Shown one piece after another: positions 47,609 to 57,261 of a stretch of 64,000 nucleotides of DNA (positions within the stretch are counted from its first letter, which is position 1; each line of letters opens with the position of its first letter). Under the pieces are notes generated by a model. The model was not told the origin of the DNA, searched no databases, and worked only from the letters and a program-made list of their open reading frames with translations. The DNA is taken from the NCBI GenBank assembly GCA_963663765.2, contig CAXXUA010000005.1, positions 832,001-896,000 on the forward strand. The letters run 5' to 3'. A program made the position numbers and the translations under genes. Origin of the DNA: Candidatus Poribacteria bacterium (lineage in GTDB: Bacteria; Poribacteria; WGA-4E; WGA-3G).

Positions 47609-50221
47609 TTATGCCCAGGTGATGAGTCCGAGATCGTAGATAGATTGTAAGTCCTCGTGGTGTGGTAATACACGTAGTGTGTATCCGTGCAGTCCCGTTT
47701 GATTTAGTGTGAGTTGTGCTTCGAAGAGGAATTTTCCATTAGCGATGTTTTCTTTGTATTCCATTTGTGTTACGTTTCCGTTTTGGATTTCCCCTGTTGC
47801 TTGCACTACACCGTGATAGATTTGGACCGCGAGTTCGTTTGGGAAAAACGTATCGGTATGAACAACCGCTTGGATTGTAATTGATTCACCGACAGCGTGT
47901 GCGTGAACATTTTTTTGTGATGTCTCTGTTTTTTCGTTAGTTGTTCGTTCGTCAATTTTTAAGTTATTCCAATGTTTTTGTATGTTTGCTTTCCAGTTTG
48001 CGAGAGCGATGCTGCGTTGTGCGTTATCGTTGTTTAGTTTTGTCCATCTTTTGTGTGCGGGAAAATAGAGGCGTTCAGCATATTCTGCGACCATTCGTTT
48101 TGTGTTGAAGACGGGTGCGAGTAGTTGCATTGCGAATTTCATCTTTGCGACCCAACCGTAGGGTATATCATCAACTGGGTGTCGGTCATAGAACAGGGGT
48201 ACAACTTCGTTTTCGAGCAGGTCATAGATAGCGTTTGCGTGTGCTTTATTAATCGCTTTTTGGTCTTCAGCTTCTGGAGTTGCGTCAATAGTCCATCCAC
48301 CGCCGAGTTTTTCGGCTTCAGCCCACCACCCATCAGACATACTGAGATTGAGTGCGCCGTTTGCGGCTGCTTTCATTCCGCTTGTGCCACTTGCTTCGTT
48401 GGGAGGCATAGGTGTGTTTAGCCATACATCAACGCCTTCAACGAGGTAGCGTCCGACACAGATGTCATAATTTTCTATGAATAGGATTTTATGACGGAAG
48501 CGTGATTCTGCGGCGATGCGGTGTATATGTTGAATTAGGACTTTACCTTCATAATCGTGAGGGTGTGCTTTACCTGCGAAGATGAGTTGCACGGGTCTCT
48601 CTGTGTCGTTGAGAATTTTTTCGAGTCGGTCAAGGTCGTTGAAGAGGAGTGTTGCGCGTTTATATGTTGCGAATCTTCGTGCAAAACCGATTGTGAGAGC
48701 TTCGGGATTTAGTATTTTTGCAGTTGCCCCTGTTTCTTGATGTGTTTCCTGTTTTGTGAGGCTATGCTCTGCCTGTTTTCGGCGTTTTTGGCTTTGTCGG
48801 TGTAATGCGAAAGCGATGAGTCGTTCGCGTCGGCGTTCATGCGTTCTCCACAGTTCTGTATCTGGAATATGTGATATTTGTGTCCAGACATCTTGGTTTG
48901 TGAGGTCAACGATCCATTTTGGACCGAGGTATCTGTTGAATAGGCTTTGCATATCTTCAGACACCCAGGAACGTGTATGTATTCCGTTTGTGATTGCTTT
49001 GATTGGGACTTCATGGATGGGAAGATTGTTCCAGAGTGCGTTCCACATTTTTCGTGAGACTTGTCCGTGTAATTGGCTGACTGCGTTTGACATTGTTGAG
49101 AGTCGTAGTGCGACTAATGCGGGACTGAATTCGCTGGTGTTATCGTTAGGATTTTTTCTTCCTAATCCGAGGAATTTTTCTTCAGAGATTGCGAGTCCGC
49201 TCAAGTAATTTTTAAAATAATGCATGACTAAATCGGGTGGAAACCAATCAATGCCTGCGGGGACTGGTGTGTGTGTAGTGAAGATATTGCCTGCGGTTGT
49301 TGCTTCTCGTGCCTCGTCGAACGTTATGTCAGTATCATCCATCAGTTGTCGTATTCGTTCAAGAGCTAAGAATGCTGCGTGTCCTTCGTTCATGTGGCAG
49401 ACGGTGGGTTTAATTCCGATTTCGGACAAAACCTTGTATCCGCCGATTCCGAGTAGTATTTCTTGTTTGATTCGCATGCGTTCGTCGCCGCCGTAGAGGT
49501 AATCTGTGATGTCGCGTAGTCCGGTATTCTGGTTTTCAGGAATATTTGTGTCCAATAGGTATAGTGAGGTGCGTCCGACTTGTGCGCGCCAGACTTTTGC
49601 GATTGCTTTTCCTTCAGGGTACTCAACTTCAATCAGAAGTTGGCTACCATCTGGTTTCAGTTCAGGTTTAATTGGCATGTTGTAAAAGTCATTTGTTGGG
49701 TAATCAGCCATTTGCCATCCGTCTGATGTTAGCGTTTGGCGGAAGTATCCGTGTTGATAGAGTAGACCGACACCGACAAAGGGCAGTCCGAGGTAGCTGG
49801 TGGATTTTAGGTGGTCACCTGCTAAGACGCCGAGTCCGCCTGAGTAGAGTGGCATGCATTCAGTCAATCCGAATTCCATTGAAAAGTATGCGATTTTTAT
49901 ATTCTCCAGAGATTTTTCTTGAGCATAATTTTCGAACCACGATGGTGAAGTTAGGTATGCTTTAAACTTGTTGTGTATGACATCAAGGTGTGCTAAAAAG
50001 ACTTCGTTTTGTGCGGCGGTTTGTAGTTTTTCCTGTGAGATTTTTCCGAGCATTGCGATGGGATTGTGGTATGTTTCTTCCCAGAGTTCAGCGTCGAGGT
50101 GTCGAAAGAGGCTGAGTGCGTCGTTGTCCCATGTCCACCACAAGTTTAATGCCAATTCCCGCAAGGGTTCAAGATTTTTTGGGAGTGTTGGCACTACGGA
50201 TAATTGGCGAATTGGCTTCAT
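47609..50221 (-). CDS. glgP: Alpha-glucan (glycogen) phosphorylase
   Basis: LALNLWWTW, YFSMEFGL..YSGGLGVLAGD, HMNEGH, GFARRFATYKR and EASGTSGMKA. Confidence 0.97.
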   Translation of the reverse strand: MKPIRQLSVVPTLPKNLEPLRELALNLWWTWDNDALSLFRHLDAELWEETYHNPIAMLGKISQEKLQTAAQNEVFLAHLDVIHNKFKAYLTSPSWFENYAQEKSLENIKIAYFSMEFGLTECMPLYSGGLGVLAGDHLKSTSYLGLPFVGVGLLYQHGYFRQTLTSDGWQMADYPTNDFYNMPIKPELKPDGSQLLIEVEYPEGKAIAKVWRAQVGRTSLYLLDTNIPENQNTGLRDITDYLYGGDERMRIKQEILLGIGGYKVLSEIGIKPTVCHMNEGHAAFLALERIRQLMDDTDITFDEAREATTAGNIFTTHTPVPAGIDWFPPDLVMHYFKNYLSGLAISEEKFLGLGRKNPNDNTSEFSPALVALRLSTMSNAVSQLHGQVSRKMWNALWNNLPIHEVPIKAITNGIHTRSWVSEDMQSLFNRYLGPKWIVDLTNQDVWTQISHIPDTELWRTHERRRERLIAFALHRQSQKRRKQAEHSLTKQETHQETGATAKILNPEALTIGFARRFATYKRATLLFNDLDRLEKILNDTERPVQLIFAGKAHPHDYEGKVLIQHIHRIAAESRFRHKILFIENYDICVGRYLVEGVDVWLNTPMPPNEASGTSGMKAAANGALNLSMSDGWWAEAEKLGGGWTIDATPEAEDQKAINKAHANAIYDLLENEVVPLFYDRHPVDDIPYGWVAKMKFAMQLLAPVFNTKRMVAEYAERLYFPAHKRWTKLNNDNAQRSIALANWKANIQKHWNNLKIDERTTNEKTETSQKNVHAHAVGESITIQAVVHTDTFFPNELAVQIYHGVVQATGEIQNGNVTQMEYKENIANGKFLFEAQLTLNQTGLHGYTLRVLPHHEDLQSIYDLGLITWA

Positions 50222-50454
50222 TCTGCGGCGTTCTCCCAGTTTGTGATTGTTGCGATCTTATTTAGCATGAAATATGTTGCTCTTTTTCGTTTTTCTATGT
50301 TGAGTTTTCCTTCTCGTGCTAACCATCCGATGCCGAGGAGGACCATTCGTTCGGTTTTCCTCAGTTCTTTTGTTAGTTTTCCGATTGATGCTTCGTCATT
50401 TTTTTCAAGGTACTTCCAGATTTCACCTGCTGTTTTTCCGATTTCGTCAAACAT
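50218..50454 (-). CDS. Winged-helix protein (DUF2582-like)
   Basis: IGKTAGEIWKYL...LGIGWLAREGK. Start placed at MFDEIG after GGAGGG. Confidence 0.8.
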   Translation of the reverse strand: MFDEIGKTAGEIWKYLEKNDEASIGKLTKELRKTERMVLLGIGWLAREGKLNIEKRKRATYFMLNKIATITNWENAAE

Positions 50455-50539
50455 TTTTCCCTCCAGTTGAAGTGTGATTTTTGTGCATGTTTCTATTGTA
50501 ATTATACTTTTATTTAGATGTTGTGTCAAAGATTTATAG

Positions 50540-50947
50540 CAAGGTTATTTAGTTTTCTATATTTTTCATAGTATTTTGTTATACCGTTAATATTTTGTAA
50601 TACCATCTTGTCCATGTCTTTAGTTCCGTAGGAACGATATGTTTATAGAAAATGTTTTCAACACCAATAGAGTTCCGTAGGAACGATATGTTTATAGAAA
50701 ATGTTTTCAACACCAATAGAGTTCCGTAGGAACGACATAGAAGAATACACATATCGTCCTTATGGGACTAAAGACATGGGGAGGGTAATCGTTATCTATA
50801 AGCATATCGTCCTTACGGGACTAAAGAGCGATATTCAGTTTTCAATAAATTAATATTGATGCGTAAAATTCGGTTAGGAAACCGAACCTGGGTATTAACT
50901 TTCAGTAAATCTCAAGAACAGAAAACTCTTAAAACTGAATAACCCTG
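50540..50947 (+). mobile_element. MITE family A with an internal ~42-bp duplication
   Basis: CAAGGTTATTTAGTTTT...AAAACTGAATAACCCTG, flanked by (G/A)ATTTATAG. Confidence 0.85.
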
Positions 50948-51011
50948 AATTTATAGGTGTGTCATAGTTTTTTGTTTGGTTCTCGTGTTTTTTGCGGAAT
51001 CGCAGATTACG

Positions 51012-51312
51012 CGGATAAGATATTTGCATTAGGTTTTTTGGCTAGTTTTTTTATCTGAACCAGGATTTCCAGGATTTACAGATTTTCAGGATAAGACCTC
51101 TGTATTAGGTTTTTTTGCTTGTTTTTTACTCTGAACCAGGATTTACAAATCAACGGCATGAATGCTATAAAGCATTCCCAGGTATTTACAGATTTTCAGG
51201 ATAAGACCTCTGCATTAGGTTTTTTTGCTTGTTTTTTGTCTGAACCAGGATTTACAGGATTTACAGGATTTACAGATTTTCAGGATAAGACATTTGCATT
51301 AGGTTTTTTTGC
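51012..51312. repeat. ~76-bp tandem units, about 4 copies, with internal CAGGATTTA 9-mers
   Basis: TCTGAACCAGGATTTAC...GATTTTCAGGATAAGAC..TGCATTAGGTTTTTTTGC repeated; another copy at ~51488-51540. Confidence 0.8.
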
Positions 51313-51332
51313 ATAGAATAAGCATTTTCTTA

Positions 51333-51377
51333 TACCATTTTCATGTGATAATGTCTCATTATCACATGAAAATGGTA
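51333..51377. mobile_element. Minimal 45-bp family C MITE (two right ends)
   Basis: 21-bp perfect inverted repeat TACCATTTTCATGTGATAATG with a 3-nt loop, flanked by TTA on both sides. Confidence 0.75.
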
Positions 51378-51815
51378 TTATAATTGGTGTGGGGTGCGGA
51401 TGGGAGATTATGTGGGGATGAGGACAAGGGTTTTCTAATAGATATACATTGGATTTGGGGGATTGTCTGAATCTGGATTGCGGATTCTGTCTGAACCGGG
51501 ATTTACAGGATTTACAGGATTTACAGATTTTCAGGATTTACTTCATCAAGGATTTTTGATGTGTGCATTTCGCGTCATACATGATTCAGAAATCGGGGTT
51601 GAAAACCCCTCCCACAAGAGGTCAATATCCTTAGATTGACGTTTATGGTGGGGTTAGGAAACCGTACCTACCTTTGAAAAAAGATAAAATTCCGTTAATT
51701 GGTATAAATCCTGTTCAGGAAAATCCCAAAGTAATAGGACGGTTGAATTTTCTAACCGAGTCAGACCATCGTTTAGAAGATTGATTGAGATTGTTGGGAA
51801 GATGGAACGAAACTA

Positions 51816-52757
51816 TCAGGATTCATCGTCATCTCTTGTATTGGTTAGCGTCTCACAGAATTCACGAGCTTCTTTGACTGCTTCCGCATCTCCGTGACAT
51901 ATTTCTATAACTTTCAGGATGTCTGATGGGAGTTGTGTTAACAACAGCTTCCATGTGATGTCACCTGTACCTGGCGGATGGTATGGATCAAGTTCTTGTA
52001 GATCATACAGTGTAGCACCAATGGTGTGTTCACTGTAAGCATCAATCCATTCATGTGACCAACAGAGACCGAGTTTTTCCTGTAGTGCAGCATGTCCGAC
52101 ATTGTGCCAATAATGCATTGGACTGCCGTAGAATTCATTGATAAATAGTTCTACTTCATCAAAATTAGGGATTTGGTAATAGTGCGGTTGATTTTCAATA
52201 GCGATGCGGAGTTCCATTTTTAAGGCGCGTTCATTTAGTTCGTCGAGGCTTCTCAAGACTGCATCGCGATGTTTTTCTTCTTTGCGTTTTCGCCACTCAG
52301 TTGCTTCAGTCACCTTTTTACTGAAAGCTTCAAATTCGCGTTCTCCGTAGTCGTAAAGGTCGGTCATCAGTGACGATCTGTCGTTAGTATCAACTTTTCC
52401 AAGTCGTAGCAACACTGTTGTTACTTCCATTTCAACCGCAAGTTCCATTGTCTGACTAGTTCTACGAATTGCCTCTTTGCGTTCATCGTTATCAAGACTG
52501 GATAGGAGGATGATGTCATTTTCGGCTTCAACTATTGGGTTTCTGGGTAGGACTGGACAGAAATTCTGTATAACACAAGGTGGTATTTGTCCAATTTGAC
52601 GAAACAACGGATTGAGTTGTTGGATCTGTTCAAGCGTGAGATGACGACTGAGTGCGATGGCTTCAAAACCGAGGTCCTTCAATTCATCAAACAGTGATGC
52701 GCCGTCCGGTTGCTTCAAAGCGTTCCACATTGTAGAGATTGCTAACATTGTTTTCAA
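51816..52757 (-). CDS. Sugar phosphate isomerase/epimerase TIM-barrel protein (several metal ligands degenerate)
   Basis: LGFEAIAL, LSSLDNDERKEAI, IAIEN, YWHNVGHA and HPPGTGDITW. Confidence 0.75.
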   Translation of the reverse strand: MKTMLAISTMWNALKQPDGASLFDELKDLGFEAIALSRHLTLEQIQQLNPLFRQIGQIPPCVIQNFCPVLPRNPIVEAENDIILLSSLDNDERKEAIRRTSQTMELAVEMEVTTVLLRLGKVDTNDRSSLMTDLYDYGEREFEAFSKKVTEATEWRKRKEEKHRDAVLRSLDELNERALKMELRIAIENQPHYYQIPNFDEVELFINEFYGSPMHYWHNVGHAALQEKLGLCWSHEWIDAYSEHTIGATLYDLQELDPYHPPGTGDITWKLLLTQLPSDILKVIEICHGDAEAVKEAREFCETLTNTRDDDES

Positions 52758-52811
52758 TAGTTTTCGGGGTAAATATAGCGTTTGTGTTGAAAAAAGGTTT
52801 TGGTATTACAA

Positions 52812-53438
52812 TTACTCTGTTGTGTTGTTTTTACCAGTTATTTTGATTACATTTCGTCCTTTAACTTTGATTTTGCCTTGTGCGTATTGTTTGATAACTT
52901 TTGGGTAGAGTTTATGTTCCTCAATTTGAATTCGTTTGTGTAGACTTTCTTCGTCGTCTATATCGTAGACTGGGACAACCACTTGTTCAATAATAGGTCC
53001 AGAATCGACACCTTCGTCAACAAAGTGGACGGTGACTCCTGTAACTTTTGCTCCGTAAGCCAAAGTATCATCAACGGGTGTTGCCCCTGGAAACGCTGGG
53101 AGTAGACTGGGGTGTACGTTAATAATCTGATTGTGATATTTGCGTACGAATGGGGGTTGGAATATCCTCATAAATCCAGCGAGGACAATTAACTCAACTG
53201 CGTAGTTATCAATATGTTCTGATATTGCCTCATCAAACGCTATTCGTGTATCAAAATCGTTTGTTTTGACAATTTGTGTTGGTATTCCAACGTGCTTTGC
53301 GCGTGTTAAGGCATAAGCTTCCTGTCGGTCACTAATTACGACTGCGATTTCAATGTCGCTGGTTTCGTCTTGGTGTAGCTGCTCAATGAGGGTTTGCAGA
53401 TTAGTACCGCTGCCTGAAACGAGTACCGCAATATTCAC
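52812..53438 (-). CDS. purN: Phosphoribosylglycinamide formyltransferase
   Basis: IAVLVSGSGTNLQ, VLAGFMRI, INVHPSLLPAFPG and GVTVHFVDEGVDSGPII. Confidence 0.97.
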   Translation of the reverse strand: MNIAVLVSGSGTNLQTLIEQLHQDETSDIEIAVVISDRQEAYALTRAKHVGIPTQIVKTNDFDTRIAFDEAISEHIDNYAVELIVLAGFMRIFQPPFVRKYHNQIINVHPSLLPAFPGATPVDDTLAYGAKVTGVTVHFVDEGVDSGPIIEQVVVPVYDIDDEESLHKRIQIEEHKLYPKVIKQYAQGKIKVKGRNVIKITGKNNTTE

Positions 53439-53479
53439 TGTTTATCTCTTTCTATGTCACAGAACATGTAGTAACACCA

Positions 53480-55264
53480 TTACCAGTTGGTGTTGTTAGT
53501 TATGTGTCCTTCTGGGATCGGGACCCACATGCCCCCAGTTTTATTTGCCGCTTCTACCTGAAATTTACCATAAGTTCCGATGACACTGACGACGATATGT
53601 TTATCCATCAAATATTGTAGCGTCCCTGAAGTTTGGATGTTTTCATCTAAAGGTTCATCGGTAACGAGGATGAGATGCGTTTGCGCCTTCTGACGTAATT
53701 TTATTCTCCGTAATCCTTCAGGAATAGCATGTAAGAGGTTTTCATTGTCTTGGCAAGGTAACGCAACGATCTTTCGTATCTGTTCAAGTGTCTGTGGTGG
53801 ATTGAAGGCGTTCACGATGTTCATGGAGGTGCGTGTCCGGAACCTAACGACACCTATCTGATAGTCAATGAGTGCGTTATCCCAGTCTCGAACCCAAACA
53901 TCCAGTTGGTTTAGGAATTTAGGTAATTTATCTTCCATGCTTTTACTTCCATCAATAAACAAAACAATATCCACAGGGGATTGTGCGTGTTTTTGTAGTA
54001 CGGATTTACCGATTTTTTGAGCATCTTTCCATTGTGCCTTTCTAAGCGATTTTCCTTGACCCTGTGGTGTTTTTTGTAGTGTAAATCGAGCTTGTTGTTT
54101 CCTTGGGTCTTGTGGAATTGCGTGCCATTTTCCATCAGTTGCTGCTGCGAGGTTTTTGTGTTCTTGGCTTGGGAGTCCGAGCACATTGACATAGACTCCA
54201 TATTCATTACACAACCCTATTATATCGCTATTTTTCAACCCTTCAAAACTGGTGAATGGTTCATCTGTGACAATTATAAGATGTTTCTTAGACGTTGCTC
54301 GGAACTTCATTTCATTGACAGTTTTTGCGATAGCATCTAAGGCATTTTCGTCACCTCGCACTTGAATAGCGAGGATACTGCGTTTGAATTCGGATGCGCT
54401 TTGTGTCAATTGTAGCACTTCAATATCGTTTTTCTTCTGACGTGCGGCAAATTCTGTTAGACCGAGTGCGTAGTCAATACCAGAAGATTTATAGATATCA
54501 ACCATGTCTACGAGATGCTCTGCGACAGATTTGATATTATCTCCCATACTTCCACTTGCATCAATGACAAAAACGACATCAATAGGGCCACCTTCAGCGG
54601 TTTCAACGATTTGATGTCCGAGTTGCTGCATGACAGTCCCGAAAGGCACATAAGGTACTGAGGGTAAGTCACCTTGTGTGTTTCCTAAATTGAGTTTAAC
54701 ATCGTCATCACCGTAGGATGCGTCCGGTACATCAAGGGAAGAACGGATAGGTCTGCGTTGAACGCCTGGTGCGCCTGAACGTTTTGTGCCGAAAGAACTG
54801 CCGACTGCGGGTTCAGAAGTTTCAGTTCTTGATAATCCATTTTCCACATCAAGTAGTGTGTCACGTGCGGTGCTAATATCCGTTTGTATCTCTGGAGTTG
54901 TATTGGTTTCTTTGAATCTTGCATCTTCTGTAATTACATCTACGATAGGAGTATTCGTGGGTTTGAACTGAATTTGTGGCGTAATCGCTTCCACTTGAGC
55001 GAGAGGTTTTTGTGCGGGTTCAAATATATTTGTTTTTCGCTGTTGTAAGATTGGTGGTTTATCTGGTTTTGTTGTCAGTGGTGGTTTCGGTGCGATAGTA
55101 AGTGCCACATCCAGTTTATCCTGAAAAGATAATAGGGGTTGGTTACGCACTGAAAAATAAAATAACATAGTTAGAAGGATGACGTGCAGTATCATTGATA
55201 TCAACAATGCGTGGCGCGTTATAGATTTCACAGCACGATGTGTCATAAATTTCATGGTGTACAC
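53480..55264 (-). CDS. Membrane-anchored protein with Pro-rich linker and two vWA domains
   Basis: N-terminal TM LISMILHVILL; DVVFVIDASGSM..IVTDE; DIVLFIDGSKSM..LVTDE. Confidence 0.85.
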   Translation of the reverse strand: MYTMKFMTHRAVKSITRHALLISMILHVILLTMLFYFSVRNQPLLSFQDKLDVALTIAPKPPLTTKPDKPPILQQRKTNIFEPAQKPLAQVEAITPQIQFKPTNTPIVDVITEDARFKETNTTPEIQTDISTARDTLLDVENGLSRTETSEPAVGSSFGTKRSGAPGVQRRPIRSSLDVPDASYGDDDVKLNLGNTQGDLPSVPYVPFGTVMQQLGHQIVETAEGGPIDVVFVIDASGSMGDNIKSVAEHLVDMVDIYKSSGIDYALGLTEFAARQKKNDIEVLQLTQSASEFKRSILAIQVRGDENALDAIAKTVNEMKFRATSKKHLIIVTDEPFTSFEGLKNSDIIGLCNEYGVYVNVLGLPSQEHKNLAAATDGKWHAIPQDPRKQQARFTLQKTPQGQGKSLRKAQWKDAQKIGKSVLQKHAQSPVDIVLFIDGSKSMEDKLPKFLNQLDVWVRDWDNALIDYQIGVVRFRTRTSMNIVNAFNPPQTLEQIRKIVALPCQDNENLLHAIPEGLRRIKLRQKAQTHLILVTDEPLDENIQTSGTLQYLMDKHIVVSVIGTYGKFQVEAANKTGGMWVPIPEGHITNNTNW

Positions 55265-55410
55265 CGATTATTTTATCTATACATTTCCAGAGGACACTAT
55301 GTGTATCTGTTCCTGCATAGTTTGCAAGTTGCTTATATTTAGCAACCGAGGTTATTTCTCAAGCATGTGTAAATACCTACGTATCGTTGAACGTCTTTGA
55401 ATTCAGTTTC

Positions 55411-55938
55411 TCAACGGATCTTTAGGAAACGTTTAGGTTGATCTTGTGGAATGACTTCAAATGAAATAAGTTTTTCGTCGTTAACTTCTGATGCTTCAGC
55501 ATTGGACTGGTTAAACGGATTTAGTTTTTCAATTTTGGGTGAATAGAGCGTTACACCTACCATCATTACTACGCCGAATACAAAGCCTGTCATATAAAGT
55601 GGATTATATGCACGAATGTTACCACGTATCCAGGATTTCATATTCTCAACTGCAGAACCTATACGGTTAATCACTGATCGTTGAGCATTTTCATAAGTTT
55701 GCATCGTCTTTACACGCGACATGACGTTTGACAGAAAATATTCAGAGGTATTGACAGGTTCTAAATAGTTGAGAAGTTTATCTGTTTGTTGAATTGTAGC
55801 GTATCGGTCGGTACAATTCGCACACCGTTTTAGATGCCAACGGATAATATGCCGTTTCCATGTTGGCAGTTCGTTGTCAAAGTAGGCTGAGAGTTGTGAT
55901 TGATAGTTTTGGCAGTTGTTTATTTTAGATTTGGGCAT
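55411..55938 (-). CDS. Zinc-finger (ZAS, zf-HC2) membrane anti-sigma factor
   Basis: C....QLSAYFDNEL...HLKRCANC plus a TM helix; overlaps the sigma gene stop. Confidence 0.9.
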   Translation of the reverse strand: MPKSKINNCQNYQSQLSAYFDNELPTWKRHIIRWHLKRCANCTDRYATIQQTDKLLNYLEPVNTSEYFLSNVMSRVKTMQTYENAQRSVINRIGSAVENMKSWIRGNIRAYNPLYMTGFVFGVVMMVGVTLYSPKIEKLNPFNQSNAEASEVNDEKLISFEVIPQDQPKRFLKIR

Positions 55939-56524
55939 TTACACTTTCTCCTATTCCAACCTTGATAAGCAATTTTTTCATGTTTTGTCGTGCTCGGTGG
56001 ATTAGTGATTTTACTGCTCCGACAGAACAGTTTAGTATTTCAGATATTTCTTCATAACTAAGTTCTTGGTATGTTACCAGCGTCAATGCTAAACGTTGAT
56101 TTTCAGGGAGTTGTTTCAGCGTTTTTCTGATAAGTTGTTGCCGTTCTTTTTTTTCATATAGGATGTCGGGTTGAAAACGTGTATCTACCATATATTGAGA
56201 ATGATAAACATCCTCATTTTCGTCAACCATATCTTCCAGATAGTAGGTTTTTCGTCGTGCGCGATTTCGGATTTCATTTCGGGACAAATTGGTTGCGATC
56301 GTGTAAAGCCAACTTTTAAAGGAGGCTCTTGGTTCATAACGACTTGCGCTTTTGTAAACCCGTAGAAACGTCTCTTGTGCTAAGTCTTCAGCGCGATGAA
56401 AGTCGCTGATAATATAATAGATATAGTTTACAAGTGCATCTTGATACCTTCTGACAAGCAGCTCAAACGCACTCATATCACCTTTACGACATTCTAACAT
56501 TAAATCTTCATCAGAAACAATCAT
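55925..56524 (-). CDS. ECF sigma-70 factor
   Basis: GDMSAFELLVRRY, AEDLAQETFLR, FKSWLYTIATN and LSYEEIS..L.CSVGAVKSLIHRAR. Confidence 0.95.
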   Translation of the reverse strand: MIVSDEDLMLECRKGDMSAFELLVRRYQDALVNYIYYIISDFHRAEDLAQETFLRVYKSASRYEPRASFKSWLYTIATNLSRNEIRNRARRKTYYLEDMVDENEDVYHSQYMVDTRFQPDILYEKKERQQLIRKTLKQLPENQRLALTLVTYQELSYEEISEILNCSVGAVKSLIHRARQNMKKLLIKVGIGESVNAQI

Positions 56525-56578
56525 AATGTTCTCCTGTCAATGCAGAGATGTGTTTAGCACTCTCATAGGGTGTCTGAT

Positions 56579-57202
56579 TTATTCTTCTTCCGTGCTTGCT
56601 TTTTTTGTTGACTGGTGATCTCTTGTAGGTGTAAACTTCAGACGCATTGCTGTTTTAAAGGCTGTGATCGCTTTTCGTCGCTTTCCCTGAATTGAGTAAA
56701 CGGCTCCGAGTTCAGAATGCAATTCTGGGTGATTCGGAATAAATTGGATTGCTCGTTCATAGACGTCAATAGCCTCATCGTAACGCTTCAACATTCTATA
56801 GATCGATGCAAGATTGATATACACAGTGATTTCAGTTGGTTCACATGTAATTGCTTTCTTGTAAGCATCTATTGCTTTCTCATAGTTGTCTAACATGAAG
56901 TATGCTAAACCGAGATGAAAATGTGCTTCAGCGGATTCACGATTATGTTGAATGACGAGAAGGAATTCTTCAATTGCTTTTTTGTAGTCACGAGCATTTA
57001 GGGCATCCGCTCCCTGTTTTAGATGCTTTTCTGCGGTTTGGTGGTGATGAATATCCAATCTGCCACTTTGTATAAACTTGTTTTGCAATCTTTCAGAAGA
57101 GATAGTTGAATCATCACGTCGTAGGGAGGAGTTCACGGTTTGAATTTTATCTGCTGCATTGCTTTTTTTGTTTCTCATCTGTAAACTCCGTTCTCCATTC
57201 AC
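56579..57202 (-). CDS. TPR protein
   Basis: About four TPR motifs (AHFHLGLAYF, VYINLASIY, LHSELGAVY). Confidence 0.85.
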   Translation of the reverse strand: MNGERSLQMRNKKSNAADKIQTVNSSLRRDDSTISSERLQNKFIQSGRLDIHHHQTAEKHLKQGADALNARDYKKAIEEFLLVIQHNRESAEAHFHLGLAYFMLDNYEKAIDAYKKAITCEPTEITVYINLASIYRMLKRYDEAIDVYERAIQFIPNHPELHSELGAVYSIQGKRRKAITAFKTAMRLKFTPTRDHQSTKKASTEEE

Positions 57203-57261
57203 TGAGCAACTATTATAACATTAACACCTATGTTCCAAAAAAGTGGCATTTTATTAACAAC

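Noticed and set aside
51012-51312. Possible CRISPR array or coding ORF 51119-51316
   Set aside because: Whole units repeat without unique spacers; the ORF is a translation of the repeats.
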